Shown here: positions 1 to 16,700 of the stretch, piece by piece
How positions within the stretch are numbered: position 1 is the first letter of the stretch
How the letters are laid out: every line of letters begins with the position of its first letter
Origin: the human T2T-CHM13v2.0 reference genome, Homo sapiens
Direction: 5' to 3' (one strand)
DNA length: 64,000 nt
Assembly (NCBI RefSeq): GCF_009914755.1
Contig: NC_060947.1
Notes under the pieces: generated by a model
What the model saw: the letters and a program-made list of their open reading frames with translations, nothing else
What the model was told of the DNA's origin: nothing
Databases searched by the model: none
Program-made: the position numbers and the translations under genes

Positions 1-265
<265 letters not shown>

Positions 266-1302
266 TGAAAGTGAATACGTTCTTAAACTCTAATATTTTC
301 GGAATATAGATGAAATGGTTGATAAGCTAGGAATGCATGCATTATTAAATATATCCCAGTAGTACCTGAATATCTATTCATCACAAAGACTGTGCATGAA
401 CTTGTGAAATTTGCTAGTTGTCCCTTGATAATATTTACTTTTAGAAATAAATATTTAGTTATTCTAGATGTCTTCCTCTACATCTCCATTTCCCTTTCCG
501 TTTCTTTTTTTTCGTGCCATACTGTTCATGATATATACCTCTTTCATATTTTGATATCAATAATGATAATGATAGATTAAAAGTAATGCGATCATATAAT
601 TAATTATACAAAGGGGAATTTTTTCAAGTGTAAAAAGAGATATTTGTATTAACATCAGGACTATAGGTGAAAACTGGGGACAGATGTTTACCATACCTTA
701 ATATCTACAGAAGGGTAAACTAACCCAAAGCAACATTTTTGCACTTTGGCACAATAGAGGAAAAAACAAATGCAATACTGTCCTTTCTATTCACCACGCA
801 TATGCAGCTTCTAATGTGACATTAACTCTTTTCTTAAAAGATAGTTTTCATACTATTTCCAGGAGCCTATTTGACATCCAGACCATAGTTTCAAGCCAAA
901 ATATTAAATTGTACATTTTTTATAAATTCCTTTGTTTCTTAGTTTTTTTGTGTGTATTTGTTATATTTTTAGTAAAATTATACACAATTTTTGCTTTATA
1001 CATTAAATCCCTTTTTAAGAGTTTCACTTGATTTAATGTGTTCTGACCTCGGACTGTCTTTTGGTTTCCTTGTAGCACTAGAAAGCAGGGTGTGTTTAAA
1101 AAATATTAATAATGTATATGTTTGGAAGTTTATCTCCAAAGTCTCCACAGAGGTCTAATTGAATGTAAGCCAGAGGGTGACTCTTGGGTTTATGGTCTTA
1201 GTCCACTGTACGAAACAAAAACTTTGGTGTCATTTGCATATCTTAATGTGATCTAAATACAGTTCTGCTAGTAATGTTCCACCTGTTATGTTTCTATTAC
1301 AG

Positions 1303-1325
1303 GTGAAGGGAAATCACAGGTTTAA
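1303..1325 (+). CDS. XAGE2: Terminal coding exon of XAGE2 (X antigen family member 2); upstream exons lie outside the window
   Basis: Acceptor tttctattacAG at 1301-1302, then (G)GT GAA GGG AAA TCA CAG GTT TAA = GEGKSQV*. This matches the XAGE2 C-terminus as recalled (..MPEAGEGKSQV). A typical GAGE/XAGE 3'UTR follows (aagctgaaacaacacaaactgtttttatattagata). Confidence 0.8.
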
Positions 1326-1388
1326 AGGAAGATAAGCTGAAACAACACAAACTGTTTTTATATTAGATATTTTACTTTAAAATATCTT

Positions 1389-1394
1389 AATAAA
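1389..1394 (+). terminator. Polyadenylation signal of XAGE2
   Basis: AATAAA 63 nt after the stop codon; equivalent position in the paralogous exons at 32503-32508 (-) and 59408-59413 (+). Confidence 0.85.
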
Positions 1395-1438
1395 GTTTTA
1401 AGCTTTTCTCCAAAGAAGTCTTGCACATCTTCTGTTAA

Positions 1439-1748
<310 letters not shown>

Positions 1749-1796
1749 TCTTCTGTTAATTTCATTCCCAGGTATTTTGATACTATTGAGAATTGT

Positions 1797-2074
1797 GGCC
1801 AGGTGTAATGGCTCACACCTGTAATCCCAGTACCTTGGGATGCTGAGGTAGGAGGATTGCTAGAGCTCAGGAAAGTGACACCAGTCTGGGGAATATAGGA
1901 ACCCCTCTCTACTACAATGAGTGAATGAATGAATGCAACTATAGTCTCAGCTACTCTGGAGGCATAGGTGGGAGGATCCCTTGAGCCCAGGTGGTCGAGG
2001 ATGCTGGTAGTCATGTTCACGCCACTTGCAACTCCAACCTCCATGACAGAGCAAGACTCTGTTTCAAAAAAAAG
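1797..2074 (+). mobile_element. Old Alu (AluJ-like), shared by three paralogous blocks
   Basis: ggccaggtgtaatggctcacacctgtaatcccag ... A-tail; counterparts at 32145-32424 (-) and 59494-59760 (+). Confidence 0.9.
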
Positions 2075-2117
2075 TATCATTTTTGATATTTTGTATTCTG
2101 AGTTAGCTGATACACAA

Positions 2118-2512
2118 GTGTGGTATGGTGAAATGTATATTTGGTCATTGACTGTGCTTACTGGCATACAACTCCTATAAAGTGATGTCTTTTTGTATGC
2201 TAGTGAGTTGACCAATGTCTGGCAGTCCCTAGGAGCTCTAGGATGAGGAATTAGAGGGTTGGGACTTTCAGCCCCATGCCCAAACTTCAGGGAAGGTTGG
2301 GGCTGAAGGTTAAGTTGTTCACCAATGGCAAGCCAACATTTTAATCAGTCATGCCTACATAATGAAAACCTCCATGAAACCCAAAAGGACACGGTTCAGA
2401 GAGCTTCTGGCTAGCTGAACACATGGAGGGTAGCATGCCCGTAGAGGCCATGGAAACTCCCTGCCCCTCCCTGCATACCTCACCCTATGTGTCCCCTCAT
2501 CTGCATCTTTTC
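2118..2512 (+). mobile_element. MER21-like LTR, 5' part
   Basis: tgtggtatggtgaaatgtatatttggtc and ggttgggactttcagcccc motifs resemble MER21; a longer copy lies at 30885-31681. Confidence 0.7.
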
Positions 2513-4804
2513 TAAGGGTGTTCCATTTGCCACAAAATATGTGAGAAGTCCCTAGGCTATGGAGCTAGATGAAAGAATTAGGGCCTAGGTAGGAGTAAGC
2601 GGCAAGGAACCAGGGCAACTTGCTGAAGCAAGATGACGGGTCCTACCTACACTGTCTCCTTATAGGCTATGGCATGAAATACCCATGGGATTCCATCCTG
2701 CCTCTTACACACTGGCCTTGAGGGGGTGGGCAAGATATTATAATCTGTGAGGCAATGTCCCCATTTCTAAAGTAGGAATTAGAATATTTACACTAAATAC
2801 TTGTTATGAAGAATAAATGAAATAACATATGGATTAGGCAATACACTGTAGATAAATTTGGTTTATTATATTTCTTCTTTTAAAATTTCAATTTTTTTCA
2901 TTCCCTTTGCCTTTACAACCACATGTTTAGTAAGTAATAACTGCTCTTAAATTTCAAGTAGGGGTATCAAGTTACCTTTTTAAATGAATTTGACTTCTGA
3001 GACTTACTTAATTTAAATAAATATATTAATTAAAAACCAGGGTAGCTGGTGTCAGACATGACATCAATTCTAAAGTTGGTTTGTGAATAAACGCAGTCTG
3101 ACAAGGCCAACCCTAAGTCAATGGAATGTGCCGAACACTGTGCCCTTTGCTGTGTGTGATGCCGTGAAGAATAAGTCCTTCTGGTCAGCCAACACCACAC
3201 AACACAATAGTGTGTCAAGTGTTCAAGCAGTACACCTGTAGTGGCTAACGGCAGCAAGGAGCCCCACTGCCGTTGTTAGTTTGGCTTGTCACACATCCAT
3301 AGATTTGACCAATAAGAAGACAATGAGCCCAAATGGGTCCAAATGGTTGATTGATTGCAGGCAAAGTAAAAGCAAGGTCAGCATTGTGTCAGCACTGTGT
3401 CCCTAGTCCCACAGTATGACACTGAATCGGAGGTATACAATGACAGCACAGACGGTGGGTCTCTCTGCCTGTGAGGAGCCCACAGCTGTACCCTAAGACA
3501 GTGAGCAGTTTTATACTCCACAGTTGTACCCTAAGATGAGGAAAGGCCCGTGCTTAATGGAAACTAGGAAAATGGATAAAGAATGGTCTCGTGTCAACCT
3601 CCAACCAGATAGGGAGCTGGTGAGAAAATACCTGTGGCAGCTCCCACCACGCTGCCTATCTCCCCTTGCAACAAAAGGAATCCAGGTATTCTTCCAACAT
3701 TCAGGTTAGCCTGCAGTCTGGCTTTGCCTACGTGTCCTATGTGGTGACCTGCAAGATCTCCAAGACACCATGGCAGAGCCTTTGCCCTATAGTGTCTGAC
3801 ACAAAACCATATGTAAGGTGCCTAGAAACATACCATCTCCAATAATGACTCCTAAATAGAGGGGATGCTTTTCTGTTAGGGTCATTACAAAAGACTGATA
3901 ATTTAATTCAACAGATATGCATTGATGACTGCCATGTTATAGGAAATGTCTTGGATGCTGGAAATGAGAAGACCAACCAACAATATGTGGTACTTGCTGT
4001 GGAGGCTGTCACACTGTTGGTGGGGGGAGGAGGGCACCTTTACAGAAGACCCTTAAACAGAAGAGCAGCTGAAGTGCAAAGGAGAAACACAGGGAAGGGA
4101 CCCAGGGGGATAAAAACAATGAATGTGGTGGCCAAGTAGCAGGAGTAAAACAAGACAGTTTCTCGAAAAGATAATTTCTCCATTGCCTTTGTGCCTTTTC
4201 TGAAAATCAGTTTATCATGTCTGTGAGTCCATTACTGGACTTCCTGCTGATCTGTTGATTTTTCCCCAATACCACATTCTCTTGATTACTATAGAATTAA
4301 CATGACTCTTGATATTAGGTAGTGTGAGTTCCCCAAAGTTATACTTCAGAATGGTTTTGGCTGTTCTGGCTCATTTTCCTTTCTAGGTAACTTTGAAAAT
4401 TTACTCCAGTGAAGTTAGTTGTATAAGTTGAGGCAGTTTTCCTTTGAAGGGCAGCAGATAAACATGTTAGTAGCTACAGAAGGACATGGGAGAAGAAGGT
4501 GAGTTCCCCCTTAGCTTTGGGAATGATCCAATGTAGAGGGAGCCATTGATGGTTCAGGAGAGGGGAGTGATCACTGTAGGAGCAAAGCCCCTGGGAAGGT
4601 GGGGGGTATGGATCCTGAGCTGAGGTGAGGGGCTGGCTTCAGTTAAGAGCATTGTATGTAGAAGGGCAACAGAGAATGCCAGGGCAGACACGGGTAGACT
4701 GGGTTTGGGAACCTCTGATAATTCCCAGCAGATTGCTTCTGTCCTCTGAATGAATCACTATGTCTCAAAAATAAACAGTGTTAATATAAAACTAACAGTC
4801 ATAC

Positions 4805-5265
4805 TGTTATAGGCTGAGTTGTCTCTGCTCAAAATTCATACCACGCCCAGCCTTATTTTAATACTGTCTTTAGTACCATATAGGCTGAGTTGTGTCTGCT
4901 CAAAATTCATATGGTGAAGTCTGAACCCCTAGTGCCACAGAATGTAACTATATTTGAGATAGGTGTGGTCTTTAAAGAGGTAATTAAGTGAAATGGGGTC
5001 ATTAGAGTGGTCCTAAGGCAATTTGCCTGGTGCCCTTATAAGAAGAGGAAATGATGACACACACATGTACAGAGGGAGGACTAAGGCGGACACCGGGAGA
5101 AAACAGCAGACTACAAGGCAAGGAGGGAGGCCTTAGAAGAAACCAATTCTGCTGACACCTTGATCTCAGACGTGTAGCCTCCAGAATTGTGAGAAAATAC
5201 ATGTCTGTTGTTTAAGCCACCCAGTCTGTGGTAGTTTTTGATGGCAGCCTTAACAAACAGATAGA
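4805..5265 (+). mobile_element. MaLR LTR (MLT1-like)
   Basis: tgttataggctgagttgtgtc..caaaattcatatg ... ttgtgagaaaatacatgtctgttgtttaagccacccagtctgtggta. Confidence 0.8.
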
Positions 5266-5784
5266 AATACTTTTAGTGCCCTTGTGGAGGTATTATTGTA
5301 TCTATTTTATAAGCTAGCACTCCTGCTTCTTCTACTAATGTAATAACCATGTAATGATGTCTATATCTGAGCAACTGAGCAGTGATGAGAGAACTTCAAA
5401 ACCTGAATTCATGACCAAGAGAGAATTACTTCTCACTTTCACTCTCATCCTGTTTCCAATACCATATTACTCTCACTAAATGCCAAAACCCCTCCTCGAT
5501 TTGAATGAGGTATTTTGTGAGAGTATTATAGTATTGGAAATTTCTTATCATGAAGTCACTTGTTATTAAATTATATGTGTTCAGCATCAGTAAAAAAATA
5601 GTATGGAAGAATAATCAAGTCTCATAAAATACACAGTTATCATGGAAATCATACTAGATTTGGAGTACAGTGAAATATGCCTGTTCAGGCAACTGCAGGA
5701 GACGTCTGCCAAACCTATCTGCCCCTTGAAGTCCTGAGACAGATGATTAGTAGGAGAATCCTGAAGCCACTGCAAACACTCACA

Positions 5785-5998
5785 CATTCACCATTCACAC
5801 CTGCCAAAATATTCCAGCATTCACCATTCACACCTGCCCAAACGTTCCCACATTCACCATTCACACCTGCTTAAGCATTCTCATGTTCGCCATTCACACC
5901 TGCCCAAACATTCCATTTACCATTCACACCTCCCAAGCATTTTCAGATTCACCATTCACACCTGCCCAAACATTCCCGTATTGACCATACACACCTTT
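5785..5998. repeat. Minisatellite, ~7 copies of a 30-33 bp unit (core CATTCACCATTCACACCTG)
   Basis: Directly visible tandem units. Confidence 0.92.
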
Positions 5999-6329
5999 GA
6001 CCATTTTGGGGTGAAATAAGAAAATGACTTCTACTTCCCAAATCTTTTAAGAGGTGCATATTATTAGCATCACCTGGGAAGCTGTGGCACACCACCCTCT
6101 GCAAGGGATCCTGGGACGGGTATTTATCAAGATTCTAGCAGTAGCCATACAAGGGAGAGCAGAAGAGATGGGAGTGCCTGTTGTTCAAATGCTTGTGGAA
6201 ATTATACCTGCCAGGGTTTTCCATGGTCTATGTTGTGAAAGAAGCTTCCTGGACAGTGAGGTTCATGTGGCGATGTTTCCATGGGCCCCCTGAGAATGGT
6301 TTGGCAAGAGAGAAAAAAAAAGATCTCTT

Positions 6330-7100
6330 AAGTCATTTTCTTTCTACTAGAAATAGCCTGTGGATGTGGGTCTGGGGACAGCGGGAAAACCCTGGCTGGC
6401 CCTGCATGTGCCTGACTCTGTGTGTACACCCCTTGTTGCCCATGTGCCCTGCTGTCAGATCAGTTGTCCCAGAAGTTTCAGTGTGAGTGAGTGTGAGGAG
6501 GAGCCCGCGGGCACAGTCTATAGCCTCCTAGGCAGAAGGGCCTTGAGGTTGTTGTCCTCCTAACAGGCAGCGATGCACTGCTTGGGGGTGCCGGATAAGG
6601 GAAGAAGGAGGGCCATAGAGGGGAGGAGGGCCTGGTGAACATACAGTGAGTTATGAAGGGGGACACTATTTGAGGTATTTGAATCCTTAGAGCATATGGA
6701 ACTAACTGCCCAAAAAGGATGGATTCCAGAGTCCTTAGTGGATACCTTGGAGGAAGTGGAGAATGCAGTGAGGCAGGGTACCACAGCCTACAAGGCAGGC
6801 ACCCATCTCACTGCACATGCTCCTTGTACCTCAGTGGGCATGTTCACTGGGCATGGTCCAGTCGGCCCCTTCGACCACATGGTGAATGCCGTGGAGCTGT
6901 GAGGGTGGGAGGGTGGCGGTCCTGTGGTCTAGACTCTCTCCTCTACTGAGACACAGCTGGTAGGTGCGAAGGCCAGTCCCCCCAGGAGGTGTAGTGTGAG
7001 TGAATGTGAGGAGAAGCCAGCAGACTTCCTGAGCTTCAGGCAGCCTAGTCCCTGGCCTCAGCAGGTGAAAGCCTTCGACGTCATGAGTAAGGTGGACCAC
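6330..7100 (+). promoter_or_regulatory. XAGE-type promoter/exon-1 region of copy B (two tandem modules)
   Basis: The motif gtgtgagtga(g/a)tgtgaggag occurs at ~6481 and ~6994. An exon-1-like stretch ggagctgtgag...ctactgagacacagctg|gtaggt ends at a donor at 6960. Homologous to 36900-37800 (-) and 45290-46500 (+). Confidence 0.7.
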
Positions 7101-8345
7101 AGAGTGGAGGTAGCTCAGGTGAAGATGGGGCGAGTGCTGAAGGTAATGTTGGAGGTATCTGAGTCCTGGAAGCCCCTGGAAACCCCAGTAGAAGACAGAT
7201 TCCAGACTCCTCGGTGGGGAACCAGGAAGGGGCAGGGTGGGTGGGAAGGAACAGGCCTGGGAAGTGGGAATGCTGTGGGCTGGTGACCCAGGCCCCGAGG
7301 TCTGTAGAGTGCCCACATAGGTGTCCAGTGAGGAGTGGCCAGTGCTGTGTGGCAACTTCAACTCCCCCATGGATGTTCGAATGGGCTGGGTTGTGCATTT
7401 CAACAAAACTTGATTTTAGAGGGAAAATGGGCCTAGCTAACAGATGTGTAACGAAAGCTGTGTTCACTCCAATTTGAATTCTGTAGCTGTATTTTCCTAT
7501 ATGTCTCCACTATGGAAAGTCCAGTTGTGAAACTAAACCTCATCAGAAATACCCTGTGTCTTTTGCCAGGAGCCTTAAGACACTGCTAACTTGACCACCT
7601 TAAGTGGCTTTGCAAGCATTCGATTCAGAAGGCACACACACTTAAACTTGTCCTGGGACTTACTTTCAAAGTATTTCCAAATTTTAATAAAATTACAAGT
7701 TTACATATGGCGATGGAAGTGGTCAAATACAGCAATCCTCTCAAGTGCACTTTCCCAATCACAGTATTCTGTTTGCAGAATGAAATATGAGTTGGCAAGG
7801 AAGATCAACATATAAGCCTAGACCAAGAGGAAGTTTACAGTTTCCTGGACTGATTGGGCTTATGCTCATTAGTGCCTTAACATTCCATGTTTTCTGTTAG
7901 CAGAAATTTCTATTTGTGATAGTCTTGTTGAACTAGCGTACATATACTAATAAAGGTCTGCTGCTGAAAAATGATCATGGCATCTCATGAAGGAAAGGCA
8001 AGCCCAAGAGGATTACATTCTGGTTTTGTGTGGATGAATGATCTTGTGTTCCCCAGATTTCACCCATGATTTCCTCCCCATGTTTATTCATAACAGATTA
8101 CACACATTCCTCCCAACATAAATTAAAATGGCTTCCAAAGCCCTTGAAGGTAACTGTCTTAGAGTATGACCTCCCTGTGGGAAGAGTAACTTTATGAAGA
8201 ATAAGGATATGGAATAGTGTTGGAGAAATGTCTTTAGACTTATGATGAAAAATATGTATTCTGTACATTTATATTATTGACATATATTGATAACAGAACT
8301 TTCTAATCTGCATAAACACACACCCCTCGTCCCAGCAGCCCAGTG

Positions 8346-11335
<2,990 letters not shown>

Positions 11336-12024
11336 AATGCCAGAAGGCGGTATGCTGTCCATTAAGATGCAAAATTATGTGCTTTCTGTTTTCCACAATA
11401 TTATAATTTTGATAATACAAAGAGAGAACATTACTGCCCCTTTAAAAACAGAAAGCAGAGTTCAAATGCAGACTTACTTTGAAAGTTCAGACCACAGATG
11501 CCTAACTGCAAGATTTAAACACCACCAGATGGAGACACAAATTGGGTCAAAGCTATATTGAATCATCAAATATTAAAGCATTTTCTTCTGAGTATAACCA
11601 AGAAGCAGAATCATAAGTGGGCGCCATCTGTATTCTCTTTGTTGGACTTTGGTATCAAGGTTACACTAGCTTCATGAAATGAATTGGGATATAAAACCTC
11701 TTTCTATGCTCTGGAACTGAAATCCCTGCAAGAATGAATCACTTGGAGATAGGGTTTCCCATGTGTGTTTGTTTCCAGATTGCAGGTCTTTTTGTTTTGT
11801 TTTGTTTTGTTTTGTTTCAGCTTTGGACACTACTTAAAAGAAAGATAGAAGGGGCAGCTCCAGGTTTCCATGCCTTTAAACTTTGTAAGGTGCCTCTCTT
11901 CCCTACAAAGATGCCTCTAATTATGCCGTCACTCTGAAAACTACCTGCTCCTGTTTCTGTACTGACATTAACCTCTGTATACAGCCAGTTAAAAGTTGCC
12001 ACTCTATTAATTTGCTTACGTAAG

Positions 12025-12148
12025 TTTTTTCGGAGATACATTCTTGCTAAGTTGCCCAGGCTGATCTTGAACTCTTGGACTCAAGCAATTCTCCCTCCTC
12101 ATCCTCCAAAAGTGCTGGGATTACAGGTGACAGCCACCTTGCCTGGCC
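12025..12148 (-). mobile_element. Alu monomer (FLAM/AluJ arm)
   Basis: ttgcccaggctgatcttgaactc...aaagtgctgggattacagg; inverted paralog at 29328-29450. Confidence 0.8.
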
Positions 12149-13649
12149 TGCCTACCTGATTTTGATCTGTGGTGTATGTTTTTGAATGGATTGACTACAC
12201 TAAAGCTGTGAATAGTTAGGATGATAACTGCATTTATTGAGTTCTTTAATGGAAATAATAACTCATATTTATAGATTGTCTAGTATCTGTTAACCGGTTA
12301 TCTGAGCTGTGTTTCATTATTTCTGACCTCATTATTAAATCCACTAAAAAGGTGAGCCAGAGTTTTCATAAAATTTACAATAAATGACTCTAGTAAGAAG
12401 CAGATATGGGGATTCAAGGTCTAAGTTCACAGTCTTTGTGCTTCCTGAAAGTAAATGCTTCTGAAAGTGTTGAATGCAGAACTGGTGTTGTGTATATTGA
12501 CTTTAGTGGTAATCTGATGTTTTCATGTAAATCCATGGTAATATATAAAATACATATATTTTATTGTTTAACATAAAAGGATTTGTTGTTCTCTCGAAGT
12601 ATTTGTCAAAATGTGGAACATAAACCTAACACGGGTTCCCAGATGAAATCATTGTTATGAAAGCATTTTAAAAATTAATAATAACATACCTGTTTTACTG
12701 TGCAACAGAAAAAATATAATAAGAATACTAAATTCTTTTGAAATAGTTTGTGGGATGGAGAAAAGAACTGATGTCTCAATCCCCATGGAAAAATGCCACA
12801 ACATCTCCTGCAAACATGTCCTTTCTTTAAATGATACAAGGCAGAGAGGGAGAAACACCAAACCTTTCTTTTTCTTCTGAGCCTGACAGTCACCACATCT
12901 CAATCAGAAGCCCCTGCAGCTGCCTGGATCCAGCCTAATATGCCTCTTCTTGTACATAATACACGACTAACAACCCTGAGCTCCATTTATATCCTCACAC
13001 CCAAAAGGATAATTCTCCAACAATGGGCCCTACTCAGAATCCACGCTGCTTAGGGAGGGGCAGAAGAATATACACAGCAATTATTTCTCCCTGTTACAAA
13101 GATTTTAAAACATTTTTGGATCCAAAAGGACTGAAAAGCTAGGGTTCAAATAAAAAGTGAGACTAAATGTAGGGGATCCCATTTGCCATGGAATATGTGA
13201 GAAGTCCCTAGGCTACAGAGCCAGATGAAGAATTAGGCCCTAGGTAGAAGAAAGGGGAAAGCAACCACCACAACTTGCTGAAGCAAAATTATTTGGGTCC
13301 TAGCTACATTGTCCCCTTATGGCACAAAATAACCATGGGTTTCCATCATGGCTCTGACATACAGGCCTTGAGATGGTAGACAAGGTACTTATATCCTGTG
13401 AGATCTTTACTACTATTGTCACTGTCATTTATTTCATTCTTGCAATTATCTTGCAAGGTAGGAAGTAGTTACTGAAGCTCAGAAAGTTCATCTCTTGTTG
13501 AACCTCACCAGGAATGGAAGTACTAGTCAAACATACAAAACTCACGTTTGTGTTTTTGAGTGGAGTTTAACTACGAAAGTCAGATTTGTTAGATTTATTA
13601 TAGTGAATTTATTTGTCATTATGTTCAGCATCAATAAATAAAATAGTAA

Positions 13650-14988
<1,339 letters not shown>

Positions 14989-15050
<62 letters not shown>
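14989..15050. repeat. (AT)31 microsatellite
   Basis: Perfect dinucleotide run. Confidence 0.98.
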
Positions 15051-15052
<2 letters not shown>

Positions 15053-15056
<4 letters not shown>

Positions 15057-15597
15057 GGGGGCTTTCTGTATCCTGGGGAACTTGCCTTAGTGAACTGGAA
15101 AAATCGCATCACACGTGGGCTTGGAAAATCAGTGCAAGGTTTTATTGAATGGTGGAAGTAGCTCTCAGATTGATGGGGAGCTAGAAGGTGGAGGGAGTGG
15201 GAAGGTGGTCTTCCCCTGGAGTCAGGCCGATCAGTGGCCGAACTCTCCTTTGACCACTGTGGCCAAATTCCTGTCGGCAACCACATCACTCAGCCATTCA
15301 ATGGCCTACCAGCATTTGCTGCTGTCTGCTGTTGTGTTCTTCTGCCGGTGTGTTCTGCCGGTGTGTTCCTCTCGATGTCCAGCCACCTGTGTCTCTGCCT
15401 GGTAGGATCTCGGGGCTTTTATAGGCACAGGATGGGAGCATGGTGGGCCAGGGTGGTCTTGGAAAATGCAACGTTTTGACATGAAAATAGAAATGCCTGT
15501 CCTCACCTAGGTCCATGGGCACAGGCCCGAGGATGGAGCCTTCACCAGGGACCCTCCTCTACTCCTCCCAGCACTTCCCTGCCCCACTCTTGTATCA
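15053..15597 (-). mobile_element. ERV1-class LTR (LTR1/LTR27/MER52-like), 3'-truncated at the (AT)n
   Basis: Minus strand begins tgatacaagagtggggcagggaagtgctggga, with cctataaaag and caataaaacc motifs; subfamily uncertain. Confidence 0.65.
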
Positions 15598-15708
15598 ACA
15601 ATATATCAACATTTGCAAGATGACACTAGGGCAGTGTCACAGAGGGAAATAATACTAATAACGCCACTTCTACACAACATCGTAGCCAAATGGGATTTAC
15701 TCCATGAC

Positions 15709-15712
<4 letters not shown>

Positions 15713-15754
<42 letters not shown>
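15713..15754. repeat. (AT)21 microsatellite
   Basis: Perfect dinucleotide run. Confidence 0.98.
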
Positions 15755-15757
<3 letters not shown>

Positions 15758-15956
15758 TTTAGCAAAGTAATATGGCACAAGATAAGTATGCAAAAGTCAA
15801 TGCTATTTTTATATACCAGCAACAAACAATTGGAAATTGAAAATCAGTATTACTTAATATAGCAGCAAAAAACCCCAAGAAATATTTAGTGGTAAAATTT
15901 AACAAAATATGTGCAAGACCAGTACTCAGAAGCTTAAAAATCACTGTGGAGAAATA

Positions 15957-15957
<1 letters not shown>

Positions 15958-16008
<51 letters not shown>

Positions 16009-16080
16009 GAGAGAGAGACAGAGTCTCGCTCTGTCACCCAGGCTGGAGTGCAGTGGCGCAATCTTGGCTCACTGCAACCT
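15958..16080 (-). mobile_element. Severely 5'-truncated Alu whose tail is a (TG)n(TA)19(GA)n compound microsatellite
   Basis: gagacagagtctcgctctgtcacccaggctggagtgcagtggcgcaatcttggctcactgcaacc, flanked by cactgtggagaaatat and cactgcagagaaatat. Confidence 0.85.
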
Positions 16081-16096
16081 CACTGCAGAGAAATAT

Positions 16097-16700
16097 TAAA
16101 GCAGGCTGAAACAAATGGAGCGGTATGCTACGTTAATGGATTGCAAGATTGTGAAATGTCAGTTTCTCTCAAATAATCTATACATTCAGTGTAAACCCAA
16201 CCAAATTCCATGCAGCCTTTTGTTTTAAGAAATTGGCAAGCTGACTTCAAAATTTACGTGGAAAAGCAAGGGGACTAGAATAGTCTAACAATTTTATAAA
16301 GAACAAAGAATATTGGAGGACTCATTACCTGTTTCAAGACGTTTTCACAACTATGGTAATCAGGACAGCATGATAATGGCATAAGAAAAGAAATAAGGGT
16401 CCAAATCTAGACCTATATATTCAGATTAAATTGATTTTTCTATAGGGTGCCAAGATAATTCAGTGGGAAAAAATGATTTATTCAGGGAATGGTGCTGGAA
16501 CAATTGGAAATTGACATGCAAACAAATGAACCTCAACCTTTGTCTCACATCATATACAAAAGTTGCCTTAAAATGCATCATAGAACTAAATGTAAAAGCC
16601 AACGTTATCAAACTGCTAGACGAAAACGTAGGAGAATCTGTAGCATCATGTAAAACTAAGATAGGTAGGATATGAAATGCACAAACTATGAAATAGAAAA
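16097..16700 (+). mobile_element. Ancient L1M ORF2 fragment (continues from ~15755)
   Basis: LFREWCWNNW..MNLNLCLTSYTK..IIELNVKANVIKLLDENVGE resembles the L1 ORF2 C-terminus. Confidence 0.75.

Noticed and set aside
5785-5998. CRISPR-like array (constant core with variable intervening bases)
   Set aside because: The intervening 11-14 nt are related to one another and too short to be spacers; the context is primate DNA with no cas genes. It is a minisatellite.
6831-7467. 191-aa and 128-aa antisense ORFs over the B promoter (similar ones at 36765-37214 and 46303-46874)
   Set aside because: GC-rich sequence has few stop codons; the peptides are not consistently preserved in frame among the three paralogs and show no recognisable domain.
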